Below, piece by piece: positions 1-12,440 of a stretch of 64,000 nt of DNA (positions within the stretch are counted from its first letter, which is position 1; each line of letters begins with the position of its first letter). Both the position numbers and the translations under genes were made by a program. Source of the DNA: Octopus bimaculoides (taxonomy: Eukaryota); contig NC_068982.1 of assembly GCF_001194135.2 (NCBI RefSeq), positions 33,475,085 to 33,539,084 of the forward strand, read 5' to 3'. The notes under the pieces were generated by a model that was not told where the DNA came from, did no database searches, and saw only the letters and a program-made list of their open reading frames with translations.

Positions 1-189
1 TCAATGTTTACAAATAACATGGTAAAAATATATAAATAGTTAGCAGAGTAGCAAAATTTCACATATGTACAAAAGATGTAACGACCTACTTATAAAGGTA
101 CAAACTCCAGACTTTGGTGAAATGTTTTTATATCACATAGATAAATAAATAAAAGGAGTTAAATGCAGGTGTTATTCAAATCTTTATAC

Positions 190-512
190 TTCTGACGGTC
201 GAACAAACTGACCCCAGGACTTATTCTTTGTAAGCGTAGTTAGTACTTACTCTATCGGTTGTCAAGTGATGGTGGGGGGGGGACAAACACAGACACAAAT
301 ACATACATACACACGCACGCACACGCACACACACACACACACATATATGTATAACAGGCTTCTTTCAGTTTCTGTCTACCAAATCCACTCATAAGACTTT
401 GGTTGGCCCGAGCCTATAGTAGCAGACCTGCCCAAGGTGCCATGCAGTGGAACTGAACCCGGTACCATGTGGTTGGGAAGCAAGCTTCTTACCATACAGC
501 CATGCCTGCACC
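190..512 (-). mobile_element. tRNA-derived SINE, family A (head + internal microsatellite + 3' tail)
   Basis: Minus strand reads GGCTGTATGGTAAGAAGCTTGCTTCCCAACCACATGGT...GGTTCAGTTCC (A/B box-like), then GGCACCTTGGGCAGG (CORE-like), a (TG)n tract and the tail. More than 25 related copies occur in the window. Confidence 0.85.
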
Positions 513-560
513 TACAAACCCAAGCATTTTTCTCTCTCTCTCTTATACATATATTATTAT

Positions 561-608
<48 letters not shown>

Positions 609-1326
609 TTATTTATTTATGGAAGAGTTTTAAAATTTACCAATTTAAAGCAAATACATTAAGTAGGGAAAGAAAAAAAAACTCAATACCGAAAGTAGAG
701 TCTTATTATTTTAATATTGAAGACAACTGCCATTTCCAATATTGATTATTTATTTATTGCAATGTAAAATTTATATAGAACATTTACTTCCTAACAGGAA
801 AGGATGTAGCACACTTGCTTGAAAGGAAAAAAAAAAATAGACTAGGGACAAAAACCAAGATGAATAAATAATACAACTCTTCTCAAATAGTTTCCCATCA
901 GAGCCTTTAAGTAAGAGAAGGTATACGAGTGCATGTGGATGTGTATAGATGCTTAAGCTTGTGTGAATTATATGCAAACACACACATTCTCTCTCTCTAT
1001 TCACAAAGACATATATACTCAGAAATCAGTGTGATGAGGGATCGGCTCTACTAGAGTGACTTGATTATGTCAGACGACAAAGATGAAAAACTTCTATGGT
1101 TCCTCAGTGAGTCATGAAATATTGCTCTCTCTCTCTCTATCTATCTATCTATCTCATACACACACTTCTTTCCATCATACATAAATTACCTCCCCTACTA
1201 TATACATATTATCTTAATAGTAAAGATACACTCTTCCTCTCTCTCTCAATCATACACACACCTCTTTCTCTCATACATAAATTACCTTACCCTCTCATAC
1301 ACCCACACACTATAGTTGTAATATTG

Positions 1327-1361
<35 letters not shown>

Positions 1362-1689
1362 CACATCTTTTTCTCTATGGAAAATAGAAGTATGACAGGT
1401 ATAATTAATAACTTTCCTTCCCTTCGCCCATTTTTGAAATATCCTCCTTTTGTATTTTTTTGTTTTACAAAATCAAAAAGAAAACAAAAAATTCATCAAA
1501 GCACTTGTTAATGCCACCAAACCAACAGAACCCTTTTGGACTAATTTAAAACCATTAGTTTTTCTTTATATCTGCTTACATACATGCAATGTATGTAAAC
1601 CACTGAGGGACCTACTAAAAACAGTAACTCAATATCTTTTGACAAACCCTACCAGCCTTAAAAAGAAAGAATGTCACATTAGAAAATGT

Positions 1690-2460
1690 AGTGTATCTCT
1701 CCATCCTCTCTGCCCAATATTTCTGGAAGGGCTGTGAGTTTGAGTCCTCAAGCTCCTCCTCCATAAGGTCCTATCAGAACTGTCATTAGACTTTCCAGCT
1801 GGATTTCCAATTGTGACCAACTGAAACCATGGATTTAATCCAACTGTCTCATTTTTAGTCTACCCCGAAGTCTGGCTTGTGGTTCTTTCCCATGACATTT
1901 TATAACATGTCCACAGTACCAGAACTGCGACATTTCAATGCGGAGAAGTGGTAGTTTGACCAGGAGAGATTTCCTGATCTCCAAGTCATGCATCCTGACA
2001 AGTAACATTACTCCAGAGATCCTTTAGAGGAACCATAGTTTAGCTGCTTGTATTCACAATCATACTCTTCAGGTCATTACCCAACATTCATAACCATAAA
2101 TCATTGTTGTCATCATCATGATTTAACACCTGCTCTCCATGCTGTCATGAGTTAGATGGTTTGATTGAAGCTGGTAAGGCAGAGAGCTGCACCAGGCTCC
2201 AGTCTGTTTTGGCTTTGGTTTCTATGAATGTATGTCCTTCCTAGTGCCAACCACTCTACAGAGAGTCTAAAAACCAAATTGAAGATAGCAAGTTTGCATT
2301 TTTTTGACCAACATCTCTTCTGAAGATCAGAAGGTAATCTCCAGTACGCAAGGCAGGGATAAAAATTATTGTTGCGTAGACTTAGATATTGGTCCACTCA
2401 AGAAAGTCTTCCTTGTGCCTTCTGCATGTTAGTGAAACATCACCGAGACAAGTGTAGAAG
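1690..2460 (-). mobile_element. Decayed RTE-clade LINE, RT C-terminus fragment
   Basis: Minus-strand peptides KKCKLAIFNLVF and RIEMSQFWYCGHVIK resemble RTE motifs (KAKLSIF; QLRWYGHV). Shares ttcctctaaaggatctct and aaattgaagatagcaagttt with 47400-48330. Confidence 0.7.
2103..2275 (-). mobile_element. RTE-type 3' tail element (family C) inserted in the RTE fragment
   Basis: Degenerate reverse complement of GGTTGGCGTTAGGAAGGGCATCC...CCCATGCCAGCATGG...(GAT)n. Confidence 0.7.
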
Positions 2461-3305
2461 TTTAAGTATCTCAGGTCCTAAGCACTTAAAGATTGTGCTG
2501 ACACCATATATATGTAGTTCAAAATTTAAACAATGTTAAGCCAAAAAATTTTTTTTTTTTAAATGAAACAAAACTAAGAGCAAGATGGGAGAAAATGTTT
2601 ATTTTATCTTCTTATGATTCCACTTTATATTTCAAAACTTTTCTCCTACTTTTTTCTAATTGTAAAGTCTTCAATCAAATCCTTAGAATGACACCATGAA
2701 CACTTTAAAATTATATTTCCGATCATATACACTACCTCGAATATTATTTTAGCAAATTTAAAGTGATTTCTTTTATGCTGTCAACAATTTACCATTGCTG
2801 TGGTGCCTCCACTTCCTTTGATGCCCTAAGCACATGCTTATTTTGATTAATGGTTAATTCAGTGCTCCAAGACTATTCACAAGAGATGAGAAGTGGGAAG
2901 CTAAATAAGATGCTAGTATTACTGGTGCTAACACAATAATGTGCCAGATGCAGCACAATGTAGTCTATTCCTGAAAATTAAACAGAATGGCCATAATTTG
3001 ACTGCTTTTGATTGTAGGTCTGCTCATAAATGGTGACCTGCTTTCTAAGGTATTGCATCTGTTTTATATTTAATAAAATGGAACAGCACAATTTTTTAAT
3101 CGTGTTCTACAATCTAAATCAAGCAATTATTTCACCTTAATAAAGTAGGGTTACAGGAATTGTTTTCTTAACTATTCTTTCAGTAACACAGCAAAATTAT
3201 AAGAAACATGTGTTTTCTAACAGAAAAAAATAATAGTTAGATCACTCTAGAAAATAACAAAATTACTGTTTCTCTTCTACCCTGTTCTTTTGGGGGCCCC
3301 ATGCT

Positions 3306-3377
<72 letters not shown>

Positions 3378-3866
3378 NNNNNNNNNNNNNNNNNNNNNNN
3401 NNNNNNNNNNNNNNNNNNNNNNNNNNNNNNNNNNNNNNNNNNNNNNNNNNNNNNNNNNNNNNNNNNNNNNNNNNNNNNNNNNNNNNNNNNNNNNNNNNNN
3501 NNNNNNNNNNNNNNNNNNNNNNNNNNNNNNNNNNNNNNNNNNNNNNNNNNNNNNNNNNNNNNNNNNNNNNNNNNNNNNNNNNNNNNAAAGAGAGAGAGAG
3601 AGAGAAAGAGAGAGAGAGGGAGAGAGAGAGAGGGAGAGAGAGAGAGAAAGAGGGAGAGAGAGAGAGAAAGAGAGAGATACTCTAATATTTTTGCCTATTT
3701 TGAGGTTATTCTGCCAATAAAGTAGGGTTATATAATTGTTTTAAACTATTCCTTCACACAAAACAAAAATTAAATGATATATGACTTTCTTTTAACTTCT
3801 TGTGTATAGTCAGATATGTCTGTGTAATTCAGAAGATGACTTCACAAGTATATATGTGTGTGTGTG

Positions 3867-3897
<31 letters not shown>

Positions 3898-3900
<3 letters not shown>

Positions 3901-4678
3901 CGATAAGAAAATGGAGGGAAAATAACAATAAGAAGTGTGTCTTTTGCACTAGGAAGCCATTATTTAATTAGCTAAGAAAGGTGAGAGTGAAAGTGAGTTT
4001 ACAATCGTTTCTGTGTACCATGGTGAGGAAAATATATATTTAAATTTTGGCCTTGTTGCCAATGATAGACATCATCAGAACGAAGAAGTCAGAAGTAGAG
4101 AAGATCGAAAGGTAGAGGAATACATCGGAAAAGAAAATGATCAAAGGTTTGAAAGTCTTGCATTATAGTTAGGTTCACTGTTCATTAAGTCCACTGTGAG
4201 GTGGAAGAAGGATAGAAGTTAGTTGAACATGTGGTCTCATGATCATTTAATAGCATGGCTTCCACGACTCTGTGAGTTCTGAGGGTTGACCAGCGGTGCA
4301 ATGAAAGGGAGTTAACTCTAAAGGGATAACCGGTTCGGTTATAAGGACCTATGTGTCAGTAAGTTATAAGGACCTATGTGTCAGTAAGTTATAAGCTGTA
4401 GGCGGTTCGTGTTTATAAAGGAAGCCGTACAGTATAAATCGTGTAAAGTATAAATCAAGCGTCGGTACGATCTAGCATGTGGAGAGACTCATTGCCAGAT
4501 ATGAAAAGTGCAAAGAGAAAGGGCAATGAGGCTAAAATATAAATATATATTTTCCTCACCATGGTACACAGAAACGATCGTAAATTCACTTTCACCTTTC
4601 TTAGCTAATTAAATAATGGCTTCCAAGTGCAAAAGACATACTTCTTATTGTTATTTTTCCTCCATTTTTTTATCGTCT
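3898..4678. mobile_element. Non-autonomous element with about 160-bp terminal inverted repeats
   Basis: 3898-4060 is the reverse complement of 4522-4678 with few mismatches. Flanked by (TA)n/(GA)n on the left and TATA on the right. No ORF inside; internal 25-bp tandem duplication at about 4338-4395. Confidence 0.85.
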
Positions 4679-4794
4679 ATATAAATTAAACTACGGTTTA
4701 CCTGCTAAATTACCTGCTGCCGTATACCTTTTACCGAGGACTATACCTACTGAGGTAATTACCAGGAGTGCCTTTGGATATATCTATCCCTTAG

Positions 4795-4989
4795 AGGTTT
4801 TAAACACCTCTAACTTGGCCGTTGCCAGTACCGCCTGACTGGCCTTTGTAGGATTTTTGAGCGAGATCGTTGCCAGTGCCCCTAGACTGGCTCTTGTGCA
4901 GGTGGCACATAAAATACACCATCTTGAGTGTGACCGTTGCCAGTACCACCTGACTGGCCTTCGTGCGGGTGACACGTAAAAGCACCCAC
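4795..4989 (+). mobile_element. RTE LINE 3' UTR running into an assembly gap
   Basis: Repeated cgttgccagtaccgcctgactggc units and ggtgacacgtaaaagcaccc, resembling the 3' UTR of the copy at 13335-13750. Confidence 0.7.
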
Positions 4990-5507
4990 NNNNNNNNNNN
5001 NNNNNNNNNNNNNNNNNNNNNNNNNNNNNNNNNNNNNNNNNNNNNNNNNNNNNNNNNNNNNNNNNNNNNNNNNNNNNNNNNNNNNNNNNNNNNNNNNNNN
5101 NNNNNNNNNNNNNNNNNNNNNNNNNNNNNNNNNNNNNNNNNNNNNNNNNNNNNNNNNNNNNNNNNNNNNNNNNNNNNNNNNNNNNNNNNNNNNNNNNNNN
5201 NNNNNNNNNNNNNNNNNNNNNNNNNNNNNNNNNNNNNNNNNNNNNNNNNNNNNNNNNNNNNNNNNNNNNNNNNNNNNNNNNNNNNNNNNNNNNNNNNNNN
5301 NNNNNNNNNNNNNNNNNNNNNNNNNNNNNNNNNNNNNNNNNNNNNNNNNNNNNNNNNNNNNNNNNNNNNNNNNNNNNNNNNNNNNNNNNNNNNNNNNNNN
5401 NNNNNNNNNNNNNNNNNNNNNNNNNNNNNNNNNNNNNNNNNNNNNNNNNNNNNNNNNNNNNNNNNNNNNNNAATTCTGATGGCCTCTTCTTTTCTTTACA
5501 CACACAA

Positions 5508-5592
<85 letters not shown>

Positions 5593-5904
5593 GATATACA
5601 CACACACACACATTATACATGTATTCCTATCCTGATTTCCTACAGAAAATTACTTTTCTATGAGGAATGCAGAAGTGGATTTCTTTAAAAAGAAAAGAAA
5701 GAAAAAAAGGGCTGCATGTGAGGAAGAAAGAGGGGCTTTATGTGTAAATTAAGCCACTCCCAATGAAATCTTTTTTCAGCTTCCTTTATAGTATGAGAGA
5801 GTATATCCCATTACATTTAAGTAGGACTGAAGAGTGTAAGTATAATAATCATTTGATATTTATGGGAATGGGCAGTATGGGACAGCTTTATGAAAATTTC
5901 TAGA

Positions 5905-6230
5905 CTATGGCTCTGTAGTAGGAAGTTTGCTTCCCAATCACATGGCTCCTGGTTCAGTCCCACTGTGTGGTGCCTCAGGCAAATGTCTTTTACTATAGGT
6001 GAGGCCCAATCAAAGCCTTATAAGTAGATTTGGTACATGGAAACAAAAAGAATGTGTGCATGTGTGTCACAGCTTGACAACCGGTCTTGGTTCATTTTTT
6101 TTTTCTTTTGTGACCCATAACTTAGTGGCTTGACATGACAGACTTAAAAACGAAAGTACTAGGGTCAATTTGTTCAACTGGGATCTCAGCATGGCTTCAG
6201 CCCAATGACTGAAACAAATACAAGATAAAA
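5905..6230 (+). mobile_element. SINE family A
   Basis: Head ggctctgtagtaggaagtttgcttcccaatcacatgg...ggttcagtccc through tail gactgaaacaaatacaagataaa. Confidence 0.8.
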
Positions 6231-6429
6231 CAATGTACTTTGCCTCTCTTATCTACACAGACAACTTGTAAGATAGAATCTTCACATATCACAGGCATAT
6301 GACACATAAATGAATAATTTCTTGAGATAGTAAAATCAAAGAAATTGATATGACCTCATAACCAACAAATTGGTAATGTCCTGAGAGCCATACAAACACT
6401 TACAGTTTATGATGTCATATAGCTCTTTC

Positions 6430-6603
6430 TTTTATCTTTTACTTGTTTCATTCTTTGAATTGAGGCCATACTGGGGCTCCACCCTGAAGGGTTTGTCCGA
6501 GGCTATAGTAGAAGACACCTGCCCAAGGTGCCACGCAGTAGGACTGAACCCAGAACCATGTGGTTGGTAAGCAAGTTAATTACCACATAGCCACTCTTGC
6601 GCC
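6430..6603 (-). mobile_element. SINE family A, internally deleted
   Basis: Tail end joined directly to the head segment (cccaaggtgccacgcagtaggactgaaccc). Confidence 0.75.
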
Positions 6604-6651
<48 letters not shown>

Positions 6652-6899
6652 GAGTATGTATATGTGTCTTTCTGTCTGTGTTTGTAAACCTCATCATGGC
6701 AACTACACTTGACAACCAGAGTTGATTTGTCTATGTCCCTGTAACTTTGTGGTTCACCAAAAGAGACTGAAAGAATAAGAACCAGACTTTTAAAAAAAAC
6801 AATAAGTGCTGGGGTCAATTTGTTCAACTACAACCTTTCAAAACAGTTACTCTAGCATGGCCACAGACTAATTACTGAAACAAGTAAATGATAAAATAT

Positions 6900-7230
6900 A
6901 GGTTATCATCCATTATCAAGAAAAACACCACTGCCTCCCGCTCCCCTAAACATGAGTGGCACTCAATTAGGAGCTTCAAATTCACTCCAAATTGTAGGCC
7001 TCATTATCACCAAGGATCTCTATTGGAAAAAGCACAACCTTAATAAAGCTAGGACCACATACCAAAGACTGGACCTTATCTTCAAGGCTAGAAAATATAT
7101 CAACCCCGAACAATGCTCAAATGAGGTCCACAATGGTGCACTTCTCTTACAACCAAAATAGTGCTGCTGCTGCTGCTACATGCAATTACAGACATCTTGG
7201 ATCACTTCTAAAGAAAGGCTTACTTAACTG
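6900..7230 (+). mobile_element. Decayed CR1/L2-like LINE RT C-terminal fragment
   Basis: Peptide LQIVGLIITKDLYWKKHNLNKARTTYQRLDLIFKARKY followed by AQMRSTM resembles LKILG...DLSW..HI...A..RL..L...LYKAQVRP.MEY. Confidence 0.65.
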
Positions 7231-7237
7231 ATTGGTA

Positions 7238-7365
7238 TTAATCTTTTAGCATTTAAACCAGACATATTCATCCCAAATATTCTACCTGTTTTATGTTCAA
7301 GCCAGCTAAATCCAGCCTCTCACACCTACCATACAATATCATTCTAAAAATAAATTATGTGATCC
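7238..7365 (-). mobile_element. piggyBac-like MITE, partial
   Basis: Reverse complement of the right half of the element at 21469-21675. Confidence 0.65.
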
Positions 7366-7672
7366 TGCCAGTGATGGTACTACTTAAAAAACATCCAGTC
7401 TACACTGTAAAGTAGTTGGCATTTGGAAGGGCATCCAGCTGTAAAGACCATGCCAAAACTGACTTCACCTGTGCTGGTGCCATATAAAAAGCACTCAGCC
7501 CACTCTGTGGGGTTGTTGGTGTTAGGAAGGGCATCCAGCTGTAAAAACCATGCCAAAACAGACACAGAAGTATTGTGCAGGCTTCTGCCTGACCAGCTCC
7601 TGTTAAACTGTCCAACCCATGCCAGCATGGAAGGCAAATGTTAAACAATAATCATCATCATCATCATCATCA
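7365..7672 (+). mobile_element. RTE-type 3' tail (family C) with internal duplication
   Basis: Two ggaagggcatccagctgtaaa motifs, then cccatgccagcatgg and an (ATC)n tail. Confidence 0.8.
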
Positions 7673-7789
7673 TGATCATTAAAATCTCAAAGCTATAAGA
7701 TAATACATGATTAATTCAAAGCAATATGAATAAATAAGCAAAACATTTAACAGAGTAATGTGAATACTAAAGGGTTATGTTACTGACAG

Positions 7790-8120
7790 ACATACTGTCT
7801 CTTCTCTACCTTTTTGATTACTACTATAACAGTCTCTGTTCCTCAGAGCTCACTCATCTCATGTCTTCTTCATTCAGGCACTCCTGACCCACTCATCTTT
7901 CCATCTGGTCACCTTTGTTGTGTCCACTCCACCTGCCAGCCCCACACTAACATCAGTCCCCTGAAATCTCTCCATTGCTCATGTTTTCTTCTATATGTTG
8001 GCCTACAACAGTTTAACCACAACATTAACAGCATCAAACACACCAGTCTCATGGGGCGTGCAAAGGTCATGAACATTGCCCCTTTCCTCCAGACTCAACA
8101 AGAAAAGAAGAAGAAAAATC
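7790..8120 (-). mobile_element. Highly decayed RTE LINE C-terminal fragment
   Basis: Fragments RWKDEWVRSA and EEQRL resemble RTE DRIRNEWVR...LREQRLRW; many stops. Confidence 0.45.
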
Positions 8121-8179
8121 TTGGTTGCTAAATTTGAATAAGGAACTAAAAATGTGTTTTCAAGAGCTATATGGATACA

Positions 8180-8305
8180 GTGACTACAGTTACTTAGCTC
8201 TAAATTCTGTAGCATCGAAGATGTATTTCACTCTGGATTGATGCCAATCTATTACAGGTAACATCTTCAGAAAAGCTACTACCTATTTTTCCAAGGTAGG
8301 TGAAC
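8180..8305 (-). mobile_element. RTE RT fragment
   Basis: FTYLGKIGSSFSEDVTCNRL...EIHLRCYRI* matches the FTYLGS...EI..RI motif. Confidence 0.55.
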
Positions 8306-8479
8306 TAAAACATATAAAAATTGTTCTGTTAAGAGATACAATGAAATACAAATAGCAAATATCAACTCATGATCTGCTTTATCCATGTCTTTTTTTAGCT
8401 ACTATGAAAGTAAACAGCTTAGTTTAACTACTTTAAATTTATTTTAGGTTTTCTTATACACCCAAGACAGTGCATGAAT

Positions 8480-8805
8480 TCTTTTACTTGTTTCAGTCAT
8501 TTTTAAGCCTAGTACATATTCTATTGGTCTCTTTTGCCAAACCACTAAGTCACAGAAAAATAAACACACCAACACCAGTTGTCAAGCAGTGGTGGGGGGG
8601 GGGGGAGAGAAACACAGACACATTCACACATAAATATATATACAATGGGCTTCTTTTAGTTTCCATCTATCAAATCCACTCAGAAGGCTTTGTTCAGCCT
8701 CAGGCTCACCAAAGCAGAAGACGCTTGCCCAAGGTGCTATGCAGTGGAACTAAAGCTAGAATCATGTGGTTGGGAAACAACCTTCTAACCACACAGCCAC
8801 ACCAG
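8480..8805 (-). mobile_element. SINE family A
   Basis: Tail, poly-G/CA spacer and head are all present. Confidence 0.8.
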
Positions 8806-8885
8806 AACCTTATTATTTAATCAGACCACTAATACAATATGTAAACCTATGTGGTAGACAAAAAAAGCTTATCAAATTTACCCAT

Positions 8886-9245
8886 GAACAGCCTAAATTC
8901 ATTTTCAACCCTTATTGGGGTCTCATCAGGTGTCTACATCATCAAAGAAACAAGTGGCCAATCTATTTATACACTCATCAAATCTAGAAGTTTCAGAGAA
9001 CAGGAGTTAATAATTTGCATGTTACAAGTGTAAAGATACATAGTAAACATACAAATATGTCAAATTTATCTACTTCTCCATAGATTGAAAAAAATGAAGG
9101 AACAGTCTTAATTGATTTCCAACTGTTATTGGAGTCTCATCAAGTGTTTATATTACTTAATGAATCTCAGGGAAACAAGTAACTAATCCATTTACATAGA
9201 CATCAAATCTAGTAGTTTCAGAGAACAGGAATTACTAATCTGCTT
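8886..9245. repeat. Diverged tandem duplication, period about 215-225 bp
   Basis: gaacag...gtctcatca...catcaaatctagNagtttcagagaacagga occurs at 8886-9015 and again at 9100-9240. Confidence 0.8.
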
Positions 9246-9382
9246 AAGCATAATATGTAAATTAGACTAACCACCACAGCATTGTATGTAAATTACACTA
9301 ACCTACCTACAAGTTTATGATTGATTTAAATAGTGATTTGTTATAATACCAAGTCACATGCAGAGGAATAGCTACTTATCCT

Positions 9383-9421
9383 CTGAAGAGTGGTCTACAA
9401 ACCATGAAACCTTTCAAGGTA
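9383..9421 (+). ncRNA. Hammerhead-like relic (core, stems II and III present; stem I missing)
   Basis: CTGAAGA-GTGGT ctacaa ACCAT-GAAA-CCTT tc AAGG-TA. The flanks do not pair into stem I. Confidence 0.4.
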
Positions 9422-9539
9422 AACTCTTTTATATTACTATGTACTAGCTTGACCCGTGAAAAATTCACGGAAAACTTTAAAAAATGTAAGCATCTGTAAA
9501 CAGTGTACTGGTGCCATGAGAAATGTTTGTATATTATGA

Positions 9540-9682
9540 CTGTCTGTCCTTATGTTCTGAGTTCAAATTCTGCTGCGGTTGACTTTGCCTTTCGTCCTTT
9601 TGGGGTTGATAAATTAAGTACCAGTTGTGTACTGTGGTCGATCTAATCAACTGGCCCCCTCCCCACAAAAATTTCAGGCCTA
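9540..9682 (+). mobile_element. tRNA-derived SINE family B
   Basis: ctgagttcaaattc...ggttgactttgcctttcgtccttttggggttgataaattaagtaccag. Confidence 0.8.
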
Positions 9683-9974
9683 GAAATGTAGATTGTGACA
9701 GTTACAGAATATAGAAAGTAATGTAACACCAATGACTATATAATGCANNNNNNNNNNATCTAATCAACTGGCCCCCTCCCCACAAAAATTTCAGGCCTAG
9801 AAATGTAGATTGTGACAGTTACAGAATATAGAAAGTAATGTAACACCAATGACTATATAATGCAACCAAAATATCTCAGTTACACAAACGTAAACGGAAT
9901 TACTATTTAACCTTAGAATACATCCTACATAGTCAAAGAACCTTCTTGGTTTAGTGGTACGGAATGTTTTTCTG

Positions 9975-10260
9975 GTATTCTTTTACTTGTTGCAGTCATT
10001 TGACAGTGGCCATGCTGGAGTACCATCCTTTAGTTGAAGAAATCGACCCCTGGACTTATTTCCTGTAAGCCTAGTGCTTATTCTATCAGTCTCTTCTGCT
10101 GAACAGCTAAATTACAGGGACGCAAACACACCAACATTGGCTGTTAAGCAATGGTGGTGGTGGTGGTGTTGGTGGTGGTGGTGGTGGTGGTGGTGGTGGT
10201 GGCACAAACACAGACACAAACACGCACACATACATACATGCATACATATGATAGGCTTGG
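9975..10260 (-). mobile_element. SINE family A tail with (TGG)n internal microsatellite
   Basis: attcttttacttgttgcagtcatttgac...acaccaacattggctgttaagca then (tgg)n. Explains the poly-W/H/V ORFs. Confidence 0.8.
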
Positions 10261-11814
10261 AGGTAGTGGTGATGCTGGCTGGTGCAATTTTGTGGTTTGC
10301 TGGTATGCTGAGAGAGATCCAGCGAGCCCCTAACTGGTTCCCCGACCTTAAAGGTGTAATGTGGATATGTAATGATGGAGTGGCTGGTGTGGGGGTGATG
10401 CTAGCTGGTGTGGTGGTCTTCCTCATAGTACTTCATGGTAGACATTATTTTGTGTGTATGTTACACCACATTTTTGGCCTTGTTTGTTATCCAAACTGAG
10501 TGTCATAACTCTTACTTTCACTCTCTTTTTCTCTCTCACTTTTTTCTCTCTCTCACTCTCTTTCTTTCTCTCTTATGTCCTCTCTGAAACATTTAAAAAC
10601 ACAAAACGAATGCCATCATCACTGATGTCTCTTTCGCTCTCTCTTTTTCTCTCTCTTCTTCTGTGTCCTCCTCTCTCGCGTTTTGCCACTTCTTTGAAGT
10701 AAGTGTGACGCACACAACAGGTACATACAAAAACAAAATGTTACTGTATTAATATCATTGATGATGATGACAAGAACAGCAAAATGTATTCCCATCTATT
10801 TAAAGTTCCAAAGTGAAAGGCTTAAAAACTATAGTTTAACTACTTAAAATTTATCTTAAATTTATTAAAACAAATGTGTTATGAAGAAATAGATACTTAT
10901 TATTTAAACATACTAGAACAAAGTAATCATAATAAAAGACACAATGGTCCCAAATTTAGAGAAGAAGGTGGTTTGGTTTAATGTACAAAATACAAAGAAG
11001 ACTGGAAACTATATACCACATTCAGGGACAATACAGTTGAGAACATGGAGTCCCCAGTGTATATGTGATTATAGTCGAATATTGATCCACACTAGTAACT
11101 CTGAGAAGTTCTTATATGTATTACATATTTCTTTATAATCTGATGGGTGTGCTGAATATTATAAAGCAACAGAATAATTACAGGATGGAGTAGAAATATA
11201 AGTGCAACTAATACTAGATAAGTCAGCTGAATATGTCAGCAAGTCCAGATGAAAAGACAAACATTCATAAACGTGTATACAGCAATGAAGCCTAAATACA
11301 ATTAAAGAATATGAAACAATATGAAAAAAGAACAAAAATAAAAATAAGACATCAGCTACAAGAAAAACTGCCTAGTAATATTAAATAATGATATCAAGCA
11401 GGTATGGCAGGGTTAATAAATAAAGCAAAACAGTATTTTATCTATGCAATTTCTTAACACACCTAATTTATTGTTATAAATAGAATTAAACAAATATTAG
11501 AAAAGAAGTCTTAAAAGCTTATTGTTACTATTATTATTATAAAATTGATATTATTTACTGTATTTCCTAGTGTATAACATGGCACTCTCACATAAGATAT
11601 ATTCTTATTTTATAAGAATATTTTGTGGGAAAACAAATTTAGTATATTTTGTTATAGCCTTACAATGTTGTGATAGTATAAGTTGAGTATGGACTATGAT
11701 ACTAAACAGGAATATAAGCTGTGATTATATTTCAACTTCATCTTCTTCCATATCAACCCTATAATTGTTTATATTTTAGTCAAGAGAATTGCAATAGAAG
11801 ATATACAGGATTAG

Positions 11815-12020
11815 GGTGGGTGCTGGCGCCACGTAATAAGCACCCAGTACACTCTGTAAAGTGATTGGCATTAGGAAGAGCAGCCAGGAATAGAAACCAA
11901 GCCAAAACAGAATATGAAACCCGGTACAGCCTCTAGCCTTGCCAGTTCTTGTCAAGCCATCCAACCCATACCAACATGGAAAACAAATATTAAATTTTGA
12001 TGATGATGATGATGATGATT
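11815..12020 (+). mobile_element. RTE-type 3' tail (family C)
   Basis: gattggcattaggaagagcagcc...ccatccaacccata...(gat)n. Confidence 0.8.
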
Positions 12021-12440
12021 ACACTAAAACAGGAAGTTTATATCATAGAACCTGGGATAGTCTCAGGCAGATTGGTATCAAAACGGTTTAACGTTTGAAG
12101 TGAATAGGAAAGTTTAAAAACAACTCTACCTAACAGTGAATCTAACCCAAATATTTGATACAGCAGAGATAAAGGCCTGAATTGTAATCGGTTGAAAGAA
12201 AAATACTTGATAGAAAAAAAGCAAATGCATAAAAGCAGAAAGTTTCACAACCACAAAAGAAAACAAAGTGTGTACATGAGAATTTCTCTATTATTTGCTT
12301 GAAAATGTGTGTATTTTAATGTTTTATAATACTGTTATCGCACACAGCTATTATTGCATTAAGAACAACCCTATAATTAAGGGTGTATAAATAAATTGTG
12401 CAAAGGGCAATGACAAAACGATAAAGACTTTTTAACTTAC

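Noticed and set aside
1022-1107. Plus-strand exon-like unit MSDDKDEKLLWFL with gtgagt donor
   Set aside because: Weak acceptor and no supported partner exon; such donors are expected by chance.
8180-8305. Host-gene exon (ttttag acceptor)
   Set aside because: The peptide is an RTE FTYLG motif with an in-frame stop; reassigned as a LINE relic.
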